NCBI GenBank assembly: GCA_045159875.1
Contig: CP067995.1
Coordinates: forward strand, 1,024,001 to 1,088,000
From: a cyanobacterium endosymbiont of Rhopalodia gibba
Lineage (GTDB): Bacteria; Cyanobacteriota; Cyanobacteriia; Cyanobacteriales; Microcystaceae
Direction: 5' to 3'
Length of the DNA stretch: 64,000 bases
Shown here piece by piece: positions 11,042 to 22,835 of this stretch; the first letter of the stretch is position 1, and every line of letters starts with the position of its first letter. Position numbers and translations under genes: made by a program. The notes beneath the pieces are model-generated. The model saw nothing but the letters and a program-made list of their open reading frames with translations. It was not told the DNA's origin and ran no database searches.

Positions 11042-11329
11042 AAACTATTAGAGTAAGAGTTAACACTCGTATAATTCTGTGTCTAAACATTATCCCCGAT
11101 TTTAGTTCCACGTCAAATAATTTGAATCTAGGACTTGAATTGTAAATTTAAAAAACCTAAGACTAATTTTTCAAGACTTATAAAAGGTACGAAATATTTT
11201 CTAGAAACACTTCAAATTTTGACAAAAAAGTTACTGCCTAATTACTGGTGCTCACAGTACGCTCACAGTTACTTCATATTTTAATTTATCTATCAGTCAT
11301 CGATAATTATAGATCAACTCTTTGCTATC

Positions 11330-12333
11330 AGTAATTACATTGTTTTTCTAGCTACCTCATCGGCTATCTATGGCATCTTTGCACTAGGGTTAAACCTACA
11401 ATAAGGGTTTACAGGACTTACTAACTTCGGAGTGGTTGTATTTATTTATGACCTTGGGAGCTTACACCACAGTTCTCTTAACGATTAGAGGCTTTCCTAT
11501 AATTTTTGCTATATTGATTGGGGCGATTTTTTATAAATTATAGGACTAGGAATTGGTCTATCGACACTGCGTTTAGTAGAAAACTATTTAACAGCCGTAT
11601 CTGCATTAATTCGCCCAATTGTTAATAATGAATAATGGCTGATAGGTGCAACTTTTGGTAGAAAAAAAGCTATCCCTCTCCCTTGGATTTTAAAGGTAAT
11701 TTCTTTACTAAATTTATCTTGTTAATTGTGTTAACTTTATTAAGAATTTACGCTGAATTGCTATTATGGAATAGTCTCTCTCAACAATTGCAATAATATC
11801 AACGGATTCAAGGAAAAAGTGTTAAACATAGAAAACCTATAAGTTTGATGGACTGGGAATTCCTAACTACATCATCTATTATTTTAGTTTATGTTCCTGG
11901 AACTATTGCTATTTCTAACTATACGTACAAAGTTTAATTGATGGTGTTAGCTTTATTGACATTACCCATTGTTTATACAGGATTAGAATTTTAGGTCATT
12001 CCCCTTGGGGACGTATTTTAAAAGTAATTATAGAACTTTTACTTTGCTTGTAAGTTAACCACTATTTGTCTAAAAAAATTGAAACTGTCATCAACTTTTA
12101 ATGTTTGTATCATTGTTGTTTTATGAGCTGCAGGAAGTAACGTAGGAGTAATTTTAGAATCGATTATTTTTGGAACTTACGATTCTAGAACTTGTTTTAT
12201 TCTACCTCACTTAAAAATGTTTACTCAAAGTCAGATAGGGGCATTTCATGTGATGGTTATTGGCTTAATTTTAATGATCTTGTGACCCCAAGTAATTTGG
12301 GGCAGAACAGAAGAACTTACTCTAGAAAAATGA
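11330..12333 (+). pseudogene. natC: Branched-chain/neutral amino acid ABC transporter permease (LivM/NatC-like) pseudogene
   Basis: NYIVFLATSSAIYGIFALGLNLQ*GFTGLTNFG, MTLGAYTTVLL, GLSTLRL, SPWGRILKVI, GAFHVMVIGLILMIL*PQVIWGRTEELTLEK*; stops, frameshifts and deletions. Confidence 0.85.
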
Positions 12334-12641
12334 TTTAAAAAAAATTAAAATTAGTAAAATAGGTACGTCTATAAGGGATGTAATAAAAACACAATCAACA
12401 AAGACTTAAAGTTTTGATTTATATAAAAATCAAGATTGTGGAGTTTATAGAATACAGTTTAAAAAAATTATGAAGTTATTAGCCACTAATTTATCAGACT
12501 TAGTCTAGAAGAGTTGTGAAATATAATTTTTGTAAACTTTTTGTATGATTGCAATCATTAATTACTCAAGCGAAAATACTAAAAATAGATGAGAAGAGGT
12601 GGGACCTTCCCACCCCAAAAAACGCAGACTATTTCTCATTA

Positions 12642-13901
12642 TCACATGATTTTAGTGAAAAAATCAATCGTTTCTTTTAAAGCTAAAATAAAACTGTCAA
12701 TTTCCTCAAGGGTATTATAAAAATACAAACTCACTCTGGCACTTCCTGAGGCATTAAATAGACGATGTAAGGGTTGAGTACAATGGTGTCCTGAGCGAAT
12801 GGAAATTCCTTCATTATCTAATAGGGTCGATAAGTCACTCCCATGAATTCCTTCGACATTAAAAGAAGCTAATGCTGCTCTTCCTTTACCATCTAAATTG
12901 GACTTAGATCCATAAATCCGTATCTTAGGAATTGCTGTTAAGCTTTTAAATAAATATGTAGTCAATTCCTCTTCATAAACATGGATTTTATCCAATCCAA
13001 TAGTTGTTAAATAATCTACCGCTGCTCCTAGGGCTATTACCTCACCAACAGCAGGGGTTCCTGCTTCAAATTTGTGTGGTAGTTTTCCATGGGTAAATCC
13101 CTCAAGAAATACCTCCCCTATCATTTCTCCTCCACCAAGAAAAGGAGGCATTTCTTCCAAAATTTTTTTCTTACCATAAAGAAACCCAATTCCCGTAGGA
13201 GCACACATTTTATGTCCACTAGCCACCAACCAATCACAGCCAATCTGCTGCACATCAATAGCTAAATGAGGCGCACTTTGACAAGCATCAATTAACACCT
13301 TTGCTTCCACTTGATGGGCTGCAGAAGTTATTTTTTTGACTGGGTTAATACAGCCCAACATATTAGAAACATGGACAATAGCTACTAATTTTGTTTTACG
13401 CGATAATAAGGATTTAAACTGCTCTAAATCAAATTCTTCTTGTTCAGTTAAGAAGACATATTTGATTACTGCCCCTGTTTTTTGAGCTATCATTTGCCAG
13501 GGAACAATATTACTATGGTGTTCCATGACGGAAATAATAATTTCATCTCCCGGTTTTAAGTTTGTTAACCCCCAACTATAAGCGACTAAATTAATGGCTT
13601 CTGTTGCATTGCGAGTAAAAATAATCTCTTGAGATGATTGGGAATTGATAAATTTTGCTACCTTATCCCTGGCTGCCTCATATGCTTCTGTTGCCCGTAC
13701 ACTTAAACTATGCGCTCCGCGATGAACATTGGCGTTATCTTTTTCATAGTAATGGCGTAGAGTATCGAGGACAAATAAAGGTTTTTGAGAAGTAGCAGCA
13801 TTGTCGAGATAAATTAAAGACTTTCCGTTAATTTCTTGGTGTAAAACTGGAAAATCAGAACGAACTTTAGCAGCAAGAGTCTTTTCTTTTACAGAAATCA
13901 T
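12642..13901 (-). CDS. sufS: Cysteine desulfurase SufS
   Basis: [32 protein letters not shown]; last gene of suf operon. Confidence 0.97.
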   Translation of the reverse strand: MISVKEKTLAAKVRSDFPVLHQEINGKSLIYLDNAATSQKPLFVLDTLRHYYEKDNANVHRGAHSLSVRATEAYEAARDKVAKFINSQSSQEIIFTRNATEAINLVAYSWGLTNLKPGDEIIISVMEHHSNIVPWQMIAQKTGAVIKYVFLTEQEEFDLEQFKSLLSRKTKLVAIVHVSNMLGCINPVKKITSAAHQVEAKVLIDACQSAPHLAIDVQQIGCDWLVASGHKMCAPTGIGFLYGKKKILEEMPPFLGGGEMIGEVFLEGFTHGKLPHKFEAGTPAVGEVIALGAAVDYLTTIGLDKIHVYEEELTTYLFKSLTAIPKIRIYGSKSNLDGKGRAALASFNVEGIHGSDLSTLLDNEGISIRSGHHCTQPLHRLFNASGSARVSLYFYNTLEEIDSFILALKETIDFFTKIM

Positions 13902-13985
13902 GACAGATTCAAACGTTAGAAGTTAGTTAGAGGCTTGAACATCTTGAAATATTATTATAAGTTATTAAAATAATTAATAATTTAT

Positions 13986-15353
13986 TTAGGATTCTAAGGT
14001 ACGACAAGCGACACATTGAGTGAGTCTTTGACGCAGAGACCTAAGAGGAAGTCGCTCCAAGATTTCAGTGGCGAAGGCATCAATTAAGAGGTTACGGGCC
14101 TCGTTTTGACTTAACCCACGGCTTTGCAAATAAAAGAGTTCATCAGATTCTAATTGACTAATAGTTGCCCCGTGAGAACATTTAACATTGTCTGCAGTAA
14201 TTTGTAATTCGGGTTTAGTATCAATACGGGCCTTTGAAGACAGCAATAAGTTCCGGTTTAATTGGGTTGCATTGGTTAACTGCGCTAGTTTTGGAACGGA
14301 TATTTGACCATTAAATATCCCATGTCCATGATCATCAATGATACATTTGTGTAATTGATTGATTGTTCCATAGGGACAGTCAAGATAGACCGCACTGTGA
14401 GTATCCGAAATTTGTAAACTTCCGACCATTGTTAAACCACTCAGGCGAGTTTCGGTTTGCTTGCCTTGTTGAAAAACCTTGAGGGTGTGGCGAGAGAGTT
14501 TTGCACCTAGACTAATATCATTACAAATATAACGACTCTCTTTATTTTGGATAATTGCGGTTTTTCCGATGTGGAAACTATCTCCTAATTCTCGTTGAAT
14601 TCGACTATGATTGATATGCGCATTGTCTTCCAGAAATATCTCTGTTACCCCATTCACTAAATAAGGTTTGTTCCCTACAATATCAGAACATTCTTGGGAA
14701 ATAGCCGTATAGTGCTCTATCAAAGTAATATTTGAACCTGTTTCGGCTATTATTAAAACACGAGGTTGAATTAAATTATGAGAATCTGTAGGAACAGACA
14801 CAAAGAGTAAATCAACAGGAACATCAACAACAATGTTCGGGTCAACCCAAATGATGCCAACATGATAAAGATCTGCCGTATTTATCAAGGCAAAAAAGTC
14901 TTTTTTGTGGTTATTTTTTCCAAAATAATGAACAACTTTAGCTTTTTTCGATTCGGGAAGTTCCATTAAATTTCCTACATATACCCCTTCAGGTAAAGCA
15001 GATAAATTTGATAATTCAGAGACATACTCTCCATTAACAAAAACAAGCCGACTCTCTCGAGCTTCGGGCAAGATAAAAGGGGAAAAATCATCTGGAGAAA
15101 TAGTACTAGCCAATTTGGCTGGTTTAAACTGAATATTAGACAATTCAGACAAGTCGGCGAATCTCCAATCCTCATCTTGTTTTGTCGGAAATTTCAATTT
15201 TCTGGCTTCAGATATTGCATTTTCCCGCAATTTTGATAAAAATTGCAGCTCGCCCACTGCTTCTTGGGTTTGATATTCCTCTGACAATCCCAGCAGAATA
15301 TTTTCCCAAATTTGGTTGATACGTATACTTTTTTCTATGGTCGATGTTGTCAT
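13986..15353 (-). CDS. sufD: Fe-S cluster assembly protein SufD
   Basis: EDWRF, PELQITADNVKCSHGAT, LFYLQSRGL. Confidence 0.95.
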   Translation of the reverse strand: MTTSTIEKSIRINQIWENILLGLSEEYQTQEAVGELQFLSKLRENAISEARKLKFPTKQDEDWRFADLSELSNIQFKPAKLASTISPDDFSPFILPEARESRLVFVNGEYVSELSNLSALPEGVYVGNLMELPESKKAKVVHYFGKNNHKKDFFALINTADLYHVGIIWVDPNIVVDVPVDLLFVSVPTDSHNLIQPRVLIIAETGSNITLIEHYTAISQECSDIVGNKPYLVNGVTEIFLEDNAHINHSRIQRELGDSFHIGKTAIIQNKESRYICNDISLGAKLSRHTLKVFQQGKQTETRLSGLTMVGSLQISDTHSAVYLDCPYGTINQLHKCIIDDHGHGIFNGQISVPKLAQLTNATQLNRNLLLSSKARIDTKPELQITADNVKCSHGATISQLESDELFYLQSRGLSQNEARNLLIDAFATEILERLPLRSLRQRLTQCVACRTLES

Positions 15354-15417
15354 ATAATAACTTCCCTTATGAAAGATTCAGATATGGGATAACTTATTAA
15401 ATTGTTGGGGGATACTT

Positions 15418-16188
15418 TTAGGCGTTAGTCAACAGTTTTTCTTCGATAAAGTCATAACCACTTTCTTCAAGTGTAAGAGCTAATTCTTTTCCTCCTGTCT
15501 TCACGATTTGTCCATTGTGCATTACGTGGATATAATGAGGTTCAATGTAGTTAAGTAACCTTTGGTAGTGGGTAATTAACAAAAAAGCATTCTCATCAGT
15601 AGCTAATTTATTCACCCCATTAGCAACAATTCTTAATGCATCGATATCTAGTCCAGAATCAATCTCATCTAAAATACCTAGGGTAGGCTCTAACAAAGCC
15701 ATTTGTAAAACTTCATTGCGTTTTTTTTCTCCCCCAGAAAACCCTTCGTTTAAACTTCTCTCCAAAAAGCTAGGGCTCATCTTGACAACATCTAGTTTTT
15801 CTTCTACTAAGTCTTCAAAATCAAAAGTGTCAATTTCTTCTAGCCCTTGATATTTTCGATGGGCATTGTAAGCCACCCGAAGGAAATCTAAGTTACTTAC
15901 CCCTGGAATTTCTAAAGGATACTGAAAAGCCAAAAAAATTCCTATATTTGCCCGTTCACTTGGACTTTTGCTAATAATTTCTTCCCCTTTATAAATTATA
16001 TTTCCACCAGTTATTTCATAATCAGGATGTCCCGCTAACACTTTTGATAGAGTACTTTTGCCAGACCCGTTTCTTCCCATGATCGCATGAATTTCTCCTG
16101 CTTTTATTTCCAGGCTAACACCTTTTAGAATAGGTTTTCCTTCAACATTAGCTGTTAAATTTTGAACTGATAGGATAACTTCACTCAT
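15418..16188 (-). CDS. sufC: Fe-S assembly ATPase SufC (ATG 16188; ORF extends to TTG 16200)
   Basis: [32 protein letters not shown]. Confidence 0.97.
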   Translation of the reverse strand: MSEVILSVQNLTANVEGKPILKGVSLEIKAGEIHAIMGRNGSGKSTLSKVLAGHPDYEITGGNIIYKGEEIISKSPSERANIGIFLAFQYPLEIPGVSNLDFLRVAYNAHRKYQGLEEIDTFDFEDLVEEKLDVVKMSPSFLERSLNEGFSGGEKKRNEVLQMALLEPTLGILDEIDSGLDIDALRIVANGVNKLATDENAFLLITHYQRLLNYIEPHYIHVMHNGQIVKTGGKELALTLEESGYDFIEEKLLTNA

Positions 16189-16270
16189 TGATTTTTGCAA
16201 GAATTAATAATTAATAACTAGATTTTGTGTTTTTTGAACTTGAATTAAAGTGGGCATTGTCCATCCTAGA

Positions 16271-17713
16271 TTAACCGACAGTTTTTTCTAATTTCAGACC
16301 TAGAAGTCTATCAGCTTCGGCAGCGAATTCCATGGGTAACTCACTCAGGACATCTTTGCAAAAACCACTCACTAACATAGAGACAGCATCTTCTTCAGGA
16401 ATCCCTCGTTGGGCAAAGTAGAATAATTGGTCTTCCCCAATTTTAGAGGTTGAAGCTTCATGTTCTATCGTAGAAGTATTGTTATTTGCTTGAATGTAAG
16501 GAAATGTATTAGCTTCAGCATTATCTCCAATTAACATTGAATCACATTGGGAGTAGTTTCTTGACCCTGTAGCTTTTGGTCCCATTTTTACTAATCCACG
16601 GTAACTGTTTTTAGAACCGCCTGCAGAAATCCCCTTAGAAATAATGGTGCTACGAGTGTTTTTGCCAATATGGATCATTTTCGTTCCTGTATCTGCCTGC
16701 TGTTTATTATTAGTAAGGGCGATGGAATAAAATTCTCCAACCGAATTATCACCCACTAAGACACAACTCGGATATTTCCAAGTAATAGCAGAACCTGTTT
16801 CTACTTGAGTCCAAGAAATCTTAGAATTAACCCCTTTACATAAACCTCGTTTAGTGACAAAGTTATAGATTCCTCCCTTACCATTTTCATCTCCTGCATA
16901 CCAATTTTGGACAGTAGAATATTTAATGTCAGCATCATCTAAAGCCACTAACTCTACTACGGCTGCATGAAGTTGATTACTATCATACATCGGTGCAGTA
17001 CACCCCTCCAGATAGCTAACAGAAGCTTTTTCTTCAGCCACAATTAATGTCCGCTCAAACTGCCCTGTATCTCCGCTGTTAATCCGAAAATAGGTAGACA
17101 ATTCCATAGGGCATTTAACCCCTTTGGGGATAAAAACAAAGGACCCATCACTAAAAACTGCTGCATTGAGAGCAGCAAAGAAATTATCATTAACTGGAAC
17201 TACTGAGCCGAGATATTTTCGAACCAAATCAGGATGTTCTTGTAAAGCTTCTGAAATAGAACAAAAAATAACCCCAGATTCAGCTAATTTTTCTTTAAAA
17301 GTTGTTGCTACAGAAACACTGTCAAAAATAGCATCCACTGCTACGTTTCCTAATCGTTTTTGTTCAGATAGAGGAATACCTAACTTTTCAAAAGTTTCAA
17401 GTAAAGTCGGGTCAACTTCGTCAAGACTGCCTAATTTTTCTTTCTTTTGTTTAGGAGCGGAATAACAAATAATATTCTGATAGTCAATAGGTGGATAAGT
17501 GACATGAGGCCAAGTTGGTTCTGTCATCTTTTGCCATTGTCTATAAGCTTTTAGACGAAAGTCTAACATAAAGTCCGGTTCTTTTTTTTTCGCAGAAATC
17601 AGGCGAATAACATCCTCATTAATACCATGAGGGATCTTATCGGACTCTATATCGGTAACAAACCCATATTTATAAGGTTGGTTAACCAGGATCTTAACTG
17701 ATGTCTCACTCAT
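16271..17713 (-). CDS. sufB: Fe-S cluster assembly protein SufB (probable ATG 17713; ORF extends to 17737)
   Basis: [33 protein letters not shown]. Confidence 0.98.
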   Translation of the reverse strand: MSETSVKILVNQPYKYGFVTDIESDKIPHGINEDVIRLISAKKKEPDFMLDFRLKAYRQWQKMTEPTWPHVTYPPIDYQNIICYSAPKQKKEKLGSLDEVDPTLLETFEKLGIPLSEQKRLGNVAVDAIFDSVSVATTFKEKLAESGVIFCSISEALQEHPDLVRKYLGSVVPVNDNFFAALNAAVFSDGSFVFIPKGVKCPMELSTYFRINSGDTGQFERTLIVAEEKASVSYLEGCTAPMYDSNQLHAAVVELVALDDADIKYSTVQNWYAGDENGKGGIYNFVTKRGLCKGVNSKISWTQVETGSAITWKYPSCVLVGDNSVGEFYSIALTNNKQQADTGTKMIHIGKNTRSTIISKGISAGGSKNSYRGLVKMGPKATGSRNYSQCDSMLIGDNAEANTFPYIQANNNTSTIEHEASTSKIGEDQLFYFAQRGIPEEDAVSMLVSGFCKDVLSELPMEFAAEADRLLGLKLEKTVG

Positions 17714-17926
17714 AAGTTGTGTGTTCCTCGTTTCCATTTGACAATTTCTCTTAGGATATCTAGAGAGTCCCCAACTTCAAGTGGTGACAATATATACCCT
17801 ACTCGGAAGCAGATGTTTTAGGTCTCGCAATTCATATCGTCAAAGGCGTGCCTTAATTACATGCTGTCGATAACGACGAATTTATATAGAGAGATTCTCT
17901 CGCAAAAGTCCTTACGTGTACTAAAA

Positions 17927-17980
17927 CAATTTTTGTATTGTCCAACCCTATTCTACAATAGAAGAACAACTTAATTGTTG
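17927..17980. promoter_or_regulatory. Paired SufR operator sites between the divergent sufB and sufR
   Basis: CAAT-N6-ATTG (17927-17940) and perfect CAAC-N6-GTTG (17967-17980) separated by 26 bp, the known cyanobacterial SufR operator layout. Confidence 0.85.
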
Positions 17981-18126
17981 TCAAAGTCACATTAAATTTT
18001 TTTTTTAGAATTTATTGACAACGGCGCATCAGGAATAAAGCCATAATAATTAAGATATTCCTAGCGTTTCTACTATACCACTGCTTATCTCAGTCCCACT
18101 TAATTAATTAGCCAGTGACCGAAACG

Positions 18127-18783
18127 ATGACTATCATTCACCCCCCTTCAACTAAAGAAGATATTCTGAACTATTTGCTTAAACATGGTCAAGCCAAGGC
18201 TTTTGAATTAGCCCAAGCTTTGGAAATCACACCTCAAGCAACTCGCCGTCATCTTAAAGAATTGGAAACTGAAGATTTAATTAAACATAAATCTCAACAG
18301 GTTGGGTTAGGAAGGCCACAACATATTTATTATCTTAGTAAACAAGGACGTGATCACTTTCCTAATCGCTATGGAGAATTTGCAGTTTCTTTCCTTAAGA
18401 CTCTTACTGAGACCGTAGGGGAACAACAGGTAGGAGAAGTTCTACGCAAACAATGGGAACGTAAAGCTGAAGACTATCGCCAGCGCATTGGTAATGGAAC
18501 CATTGAAGAAAGAGTAAGTAAATTAGTTAGATTGCGGCACGAAGAAGGTTATATGACAGAAATAAACTTATTTAATCCTAGAAATAGTTGTCTCTTCTTA
18601 AAAGAAGGGTATATTTTGGCAGAGCATCATTGTGCAATTTCTGAAGTAGCTGAATCTTATCCCACAGTTTGCGGTCACGAACTAGAAATGTTTACCGAAA
18701 TTTTACCTGATTGCACCGTTGAAAGAACTCACTGTATTAATGATGGAGAACACAATTGTGAGTATTTAATACAAGCTCAATAA
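18127..18783 (+). CDS. sufR: Fe-S cluster biogenesis repressor SufR (alternative GTG start 18115)
   Basis: N-terminal HTH, GRPQHIY, C-terminal Cys motif EHHCAI..CGHELEMF..PDC..GEHNC; divergent from sufB. Confidence 0.95.
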   Translation: MTIIHPPSTKEDILNYLLKHGQAKAFELAQALEITPQATRRHLKELETEDLIKHKSQQVGLGRPQHIYYLSKQGRDHFPNRYGEFAVSFLKTLTETVGEQQVGEVLRKQWERKAEDYRQRIGNGTIEERVSKLVRLRHEEGYMTEINLFNPRNSCLFLKEGYILAEHHCAISEVAESYPTVCGHELEMFTEILPDCTVERTHCINDGEHNCEYLIQAQ

Positions 18784-19191
18784 TTAATTATTAATTGTAA
18801 ATTATTATCTACGCTAATTTTACGAATAAATTACAATTTTGAGCTAAATTTATGACTTCTAAAAAATCTATATATACTCATAAAGTATTGCTTTTATTCT
18901 AAAAATAGATTATTAATTTATTTGACTGCTCTCTCTTGAAAAAGATCTCAAAAATTATTGAGATGTAGAAAATTCTATCTTTATTCTATGGATGAGATTG
19001 TCAAAAAATAAAAAAAAAATAAAATTTATCTAGAACAAAATATAAAGCATCTAGCTTCAAAACGGTAATAGCTATCCCATAGTTAATGATTATTAATTAA
19101 GATAAAAATCTTAGATGATCGACGATAATCTCTATTTTATTTAGATTGAGTTATAATCAAGATAATCTCAAATATATGACTTAATTCTGCT

Positions 19192-19389
19192 ATGAATTTT
19201 ACATTCAAAGTCCCTAGCATTGCCTGTGAAGCTTGCGCCAATACTATCACTAAAGCAGTCCAAAATGAAAGGACGGAGACTACTATATCTATTAATGTTT
19301 CTACAAAAATTGTTACTGTTGAAACAACAGTTTCTAAAGAAACTATTAAGAAAATTATTGAAGGGATAGGCCATACTGTTGAAGATTAA
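19192..19389 (+). CDS. atx1: HMA-domain copper chaperone (Atx1/CopZ-like)
   Basis: 65 aa; VPSIACEACANTITKAV...IGHTVE. Confidence 0.85.
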   Translation: MNFTFKVPSIACEACANTITKAVQNERTETTISINVSTKIVTVETTVSKETIKKIIEGIGHTVED

Positions 19390-19859
19390 TTGCGGTTCCG
19401 TGTCCAAAAGTTTGAAAGGGTACAATTATCATATGCTAATTTAATTTTTTGGAGTATTAGTTATTTTCTTTATTTTTTTATGAGCCTGTTCTGTTCAAGT
19501 ATTTATACTAATTTTCTGAAGTTTACCTGCATATTATCTGTAGGATTCAATGAGCATTGATTCCTAAAAGGATAGCATTTTTAGTCCAAGTTTATCAAAA
19601 TGGAACTAAACATTCTGCTGCTCTTAATTAACTATCCTTATTTGTAATTTTTTTAAATTTTTTTAAATAGCTCGGGTATAAGTCTTATCTTTATATAGGT
19701 TTATTATTCTAGATTGCTTATTATGCTCACGGTTAATGAAGTTTCTTACAAGGTCTTTTAGCAACTTGTATGTTTTTTATAGCACTTAGCATGAATTCTG
19801 AAGTATCTCCTTTAGCATAAACGGACTAATATTAAGTACTTATATTCTTACTTAAGTTT

Positions 19860-20150
19860 AGTATAAGGTTAGTTATACAAGATCGAGAAACATAGTTATT
19901 ATTCTCAGTCTCTAAGTTTAAATAGGACGATGTTGACAATTGTCTAAAAATAGTAACTGCTAACAATTAAGGCTAAAGTAGTTGTTTAAAAAAAGCATAA
20001 CATAAAACTAACTTACCTTTTTATACCCAATTGTAAGAAGGTTTTTTCTGTTAATCAGTATAAGCAATCAAGCAAAAAAAATAATAAAATGCTTTATAAT
20101 CTTCAAGAAATAAAAATATTAAATCTGAGAAATATTTTTGAGAGAGCGCT
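19860..20150 (+). repeat. Degenerate dispersed repeat, copy 2 (similar to ~7440-7730)
   Basis: GTTGACAATTGTCTAAAAATAGTAACTGC and neighbouring blocks collinear with copy 1. Confidence 0.55.
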
Positions 20151-20794
20151 TATAAAGCAATATTCTATCACTTAGTTTGACTCACTCGTGCTTCGTATTC
20201 TGTTAATGACAAGTCATTAATTAAAATATTTTCTTGACAGGGCTTCTCAAAGAGTTAGTAAACAGCATATCTTTAGTCTTTAAATCGTTTTTTAACTAAA
20301 TATTGCGTTAGCTTAGAAATAGATTTATTTTCATCGTTATTTTCTGGAGTTAACTTAAAAGTTGATAATTTATCTCGGTTATTTATGATTTAATTTAGTT
20401 TAAATCTCCAATGCTATTCAGCAGAACTCTGATTCCATAAAATTAATCATTCAAAGACTCGATATTCTCAGCTAAAGGTTTCATAAATAGACTCCTGTCT
20501 CAGGAAAATCAATAGGACTAATTCCTGAAATTTCTCTTTTATGAGTCAGTAAAAAACGTTCCATAAACATTTTTTTTAGAGCATAAGTACCACAAATTAA
20601 TTATAATTGACTATATATAAGCAATATTTTTTCTTAATCAGAAAACCCGACGTTTGATTTGCTTTAAGAGTTTGATTTTATGAACTATCAAAACGGTATT
20701 TTTTTAAAAAAATATCAATCATGAAACAGAATAACAGTAATCCTAAAATTATTGATAAAATTGATAGAAATGAAATAAATTATAAAATTATTTT

Positions 20795-22835
20795 AAATAG
20801 ATCCTATAACTATCAATAATCGCTCCTTTACACTAGTAATTTATTGATTTTCTTGATAAACTTTTCTTTGCTCGCTCCAATGAATTTTAGTAGTATCAAT
20901 TACTATGTTCCATCATCAACTTTTTAGGTAAGAAGGCAAGGTAAACTTTGATGTATTTTCTTCAGCATTAAATAGCAAAAGAAAACTAGCATCAATGACA
21001 CGGTTACCCCTGACATCAGGGGTTTCAATTCCTTCTCCGTTGAGAAAAACGCTAATTGCCTTCACCTCCCCGTTTTTCCATTGTTCCTCAGTCATCTCTT
21101 CTCTTTTAAGGTTAAAATAAAAAATATCCCTTACGTCTGATCCGTGAAGTGCTTCTCTTTGAAACCATTTACGTCGTCGAAAAACAGGATGTTGATACTG
21201 TTGGGTAAAACATAAAAAATCTTGATTAATTTTCGTTAAATCCCAATTGAACCAAGAAATCTCGTGTCTTGACAATAGCCATTATTGTTCCCCTATTGGG
21301 TGCGCCCCATTTTATCTTCTCCTAATATAATAGGAACCTCTTGGGACAACATTAAGGTAGTTAAAAAATTGCGTTTTTGTTGTTCTCGTAAAGCCAAAAT
21401 TTGAGGGTCATTGTTTTTTCCATCGACCTCGTTATGTTTTTCGTTATAACTGACCAGATATGCCAAGGTAAAACCATCGTGGGCTGTGATGAAATTAATA
21501 CTCACGTGTGGTTTCCGTTCATTTTGTAGAGGTCAGAACTTCCCGTAAAACGGTAAACAAACGACGTTAAGGTGCTATCTTGACCGCGCCCGTCCCGATA
21601 TTTTCCATTCCATTCTGACCAGAGAAGTGTAAATTGTCTTATCTGATAACCTCCTTTTCCAAGATCCCAAGGTTCTGCGATTAATTTTACATTCGATGAA
21701 ACGGGCTCTTGATGAATAATGTCGAAGAAGGGAGTCAAAGTTTCTACCTCATAAAGTTCTCTCGCTAGAGCTGCTGCTAAGTCAAAGTGAAACCCATCAA
21801 TGTGCATTTCTAAGACCCAATACCATAAACTATCCATCATGAGTGTAAGGACATCACGATGGCTGATGTTGAGAGAATTACCACACCCTGTAAAGTCTAC
21901 GTAGTAACGAGAATTTTTTTCATCTATGCGGTAATAGATTTAGTTATCAATACCCTGTCAAAAGAATATCGCTCCCAAATGATTACTTTTCCCTGTATGG
22001 TTATAAACAACATCAAGAATGACTTTAATCCCCGCTTTATTGAGAGTCTCTACCATTTTTTAAATTCTGTGACTTGTTGCTCTTGAGTTTCTGAGGCGCT
22101 GTCACTTGAATGAAGAGCAAAATAAGCTAAGAAGTCGTAACCTCAACAATTGGTCAATCCTTTATCAATTAGATTGCCTTGCTGTACAAAAAATGGTGAA
22201 CAGGGAGCAATTTAACGGCAGTAATGCCTAAATTTTGTAGATAGGCAATCACATTGGGATGAGCTAGTCCGGCATAAGTTCCCCGCAAGTTTTCAGGTAT
22301 TTCTAGATGTTGTTTCGCAAATCCTTTAACATGAACTTCATAGATAATGGTTTTATGCCAAGGATATTGTAGTAAGGTGTCCTCTTCCCAATCAAAGCTT
22401 TCATCAATCACAACTGCTTTGGGAATCCACGGTGCATCATCCATCATCTATTTCTGAGGCAGTTAGCTCTTGCTCTTCACAGTCCCCAGGATAGCTAAAG
22501 AGAGCTTCCTTATGTTCCGCCTCGGCGGTGCTCGCTTTAGCATAGGAATCTATCAACAATTTTTTAGAGTTGAAGCGATAGCCTTTAGTGAGGTCAAATA
22601 GACCATGAACTAGAAACCTGTAATGCTTTCCTGGTCTTATTTTAGAGATGTAAGCATACCAAATATAATTGGATACTTCTTCCAAAGGGATAGATTGTTC
22701 TTGTCCCCAATTAATTATTAAACAATCAAAGATAAACTCTCGTTGCATTTTCAGAAAAAATAGCAAAATTAGTTCCTTCTCCGTCCCAACTTGCTCCTAA
22801 AAGATAGGGATTTCCTGGCAAAAGTTAAATGTTTA
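20795..22835 (-). pseudogene. glgX: Glycogen debranching enzyme / isoamylase pseudogene
   Basis: At least five ORF pieces in order: [91 protein letters not shown]; frameshifts and deletions. Confidence 0.95.
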
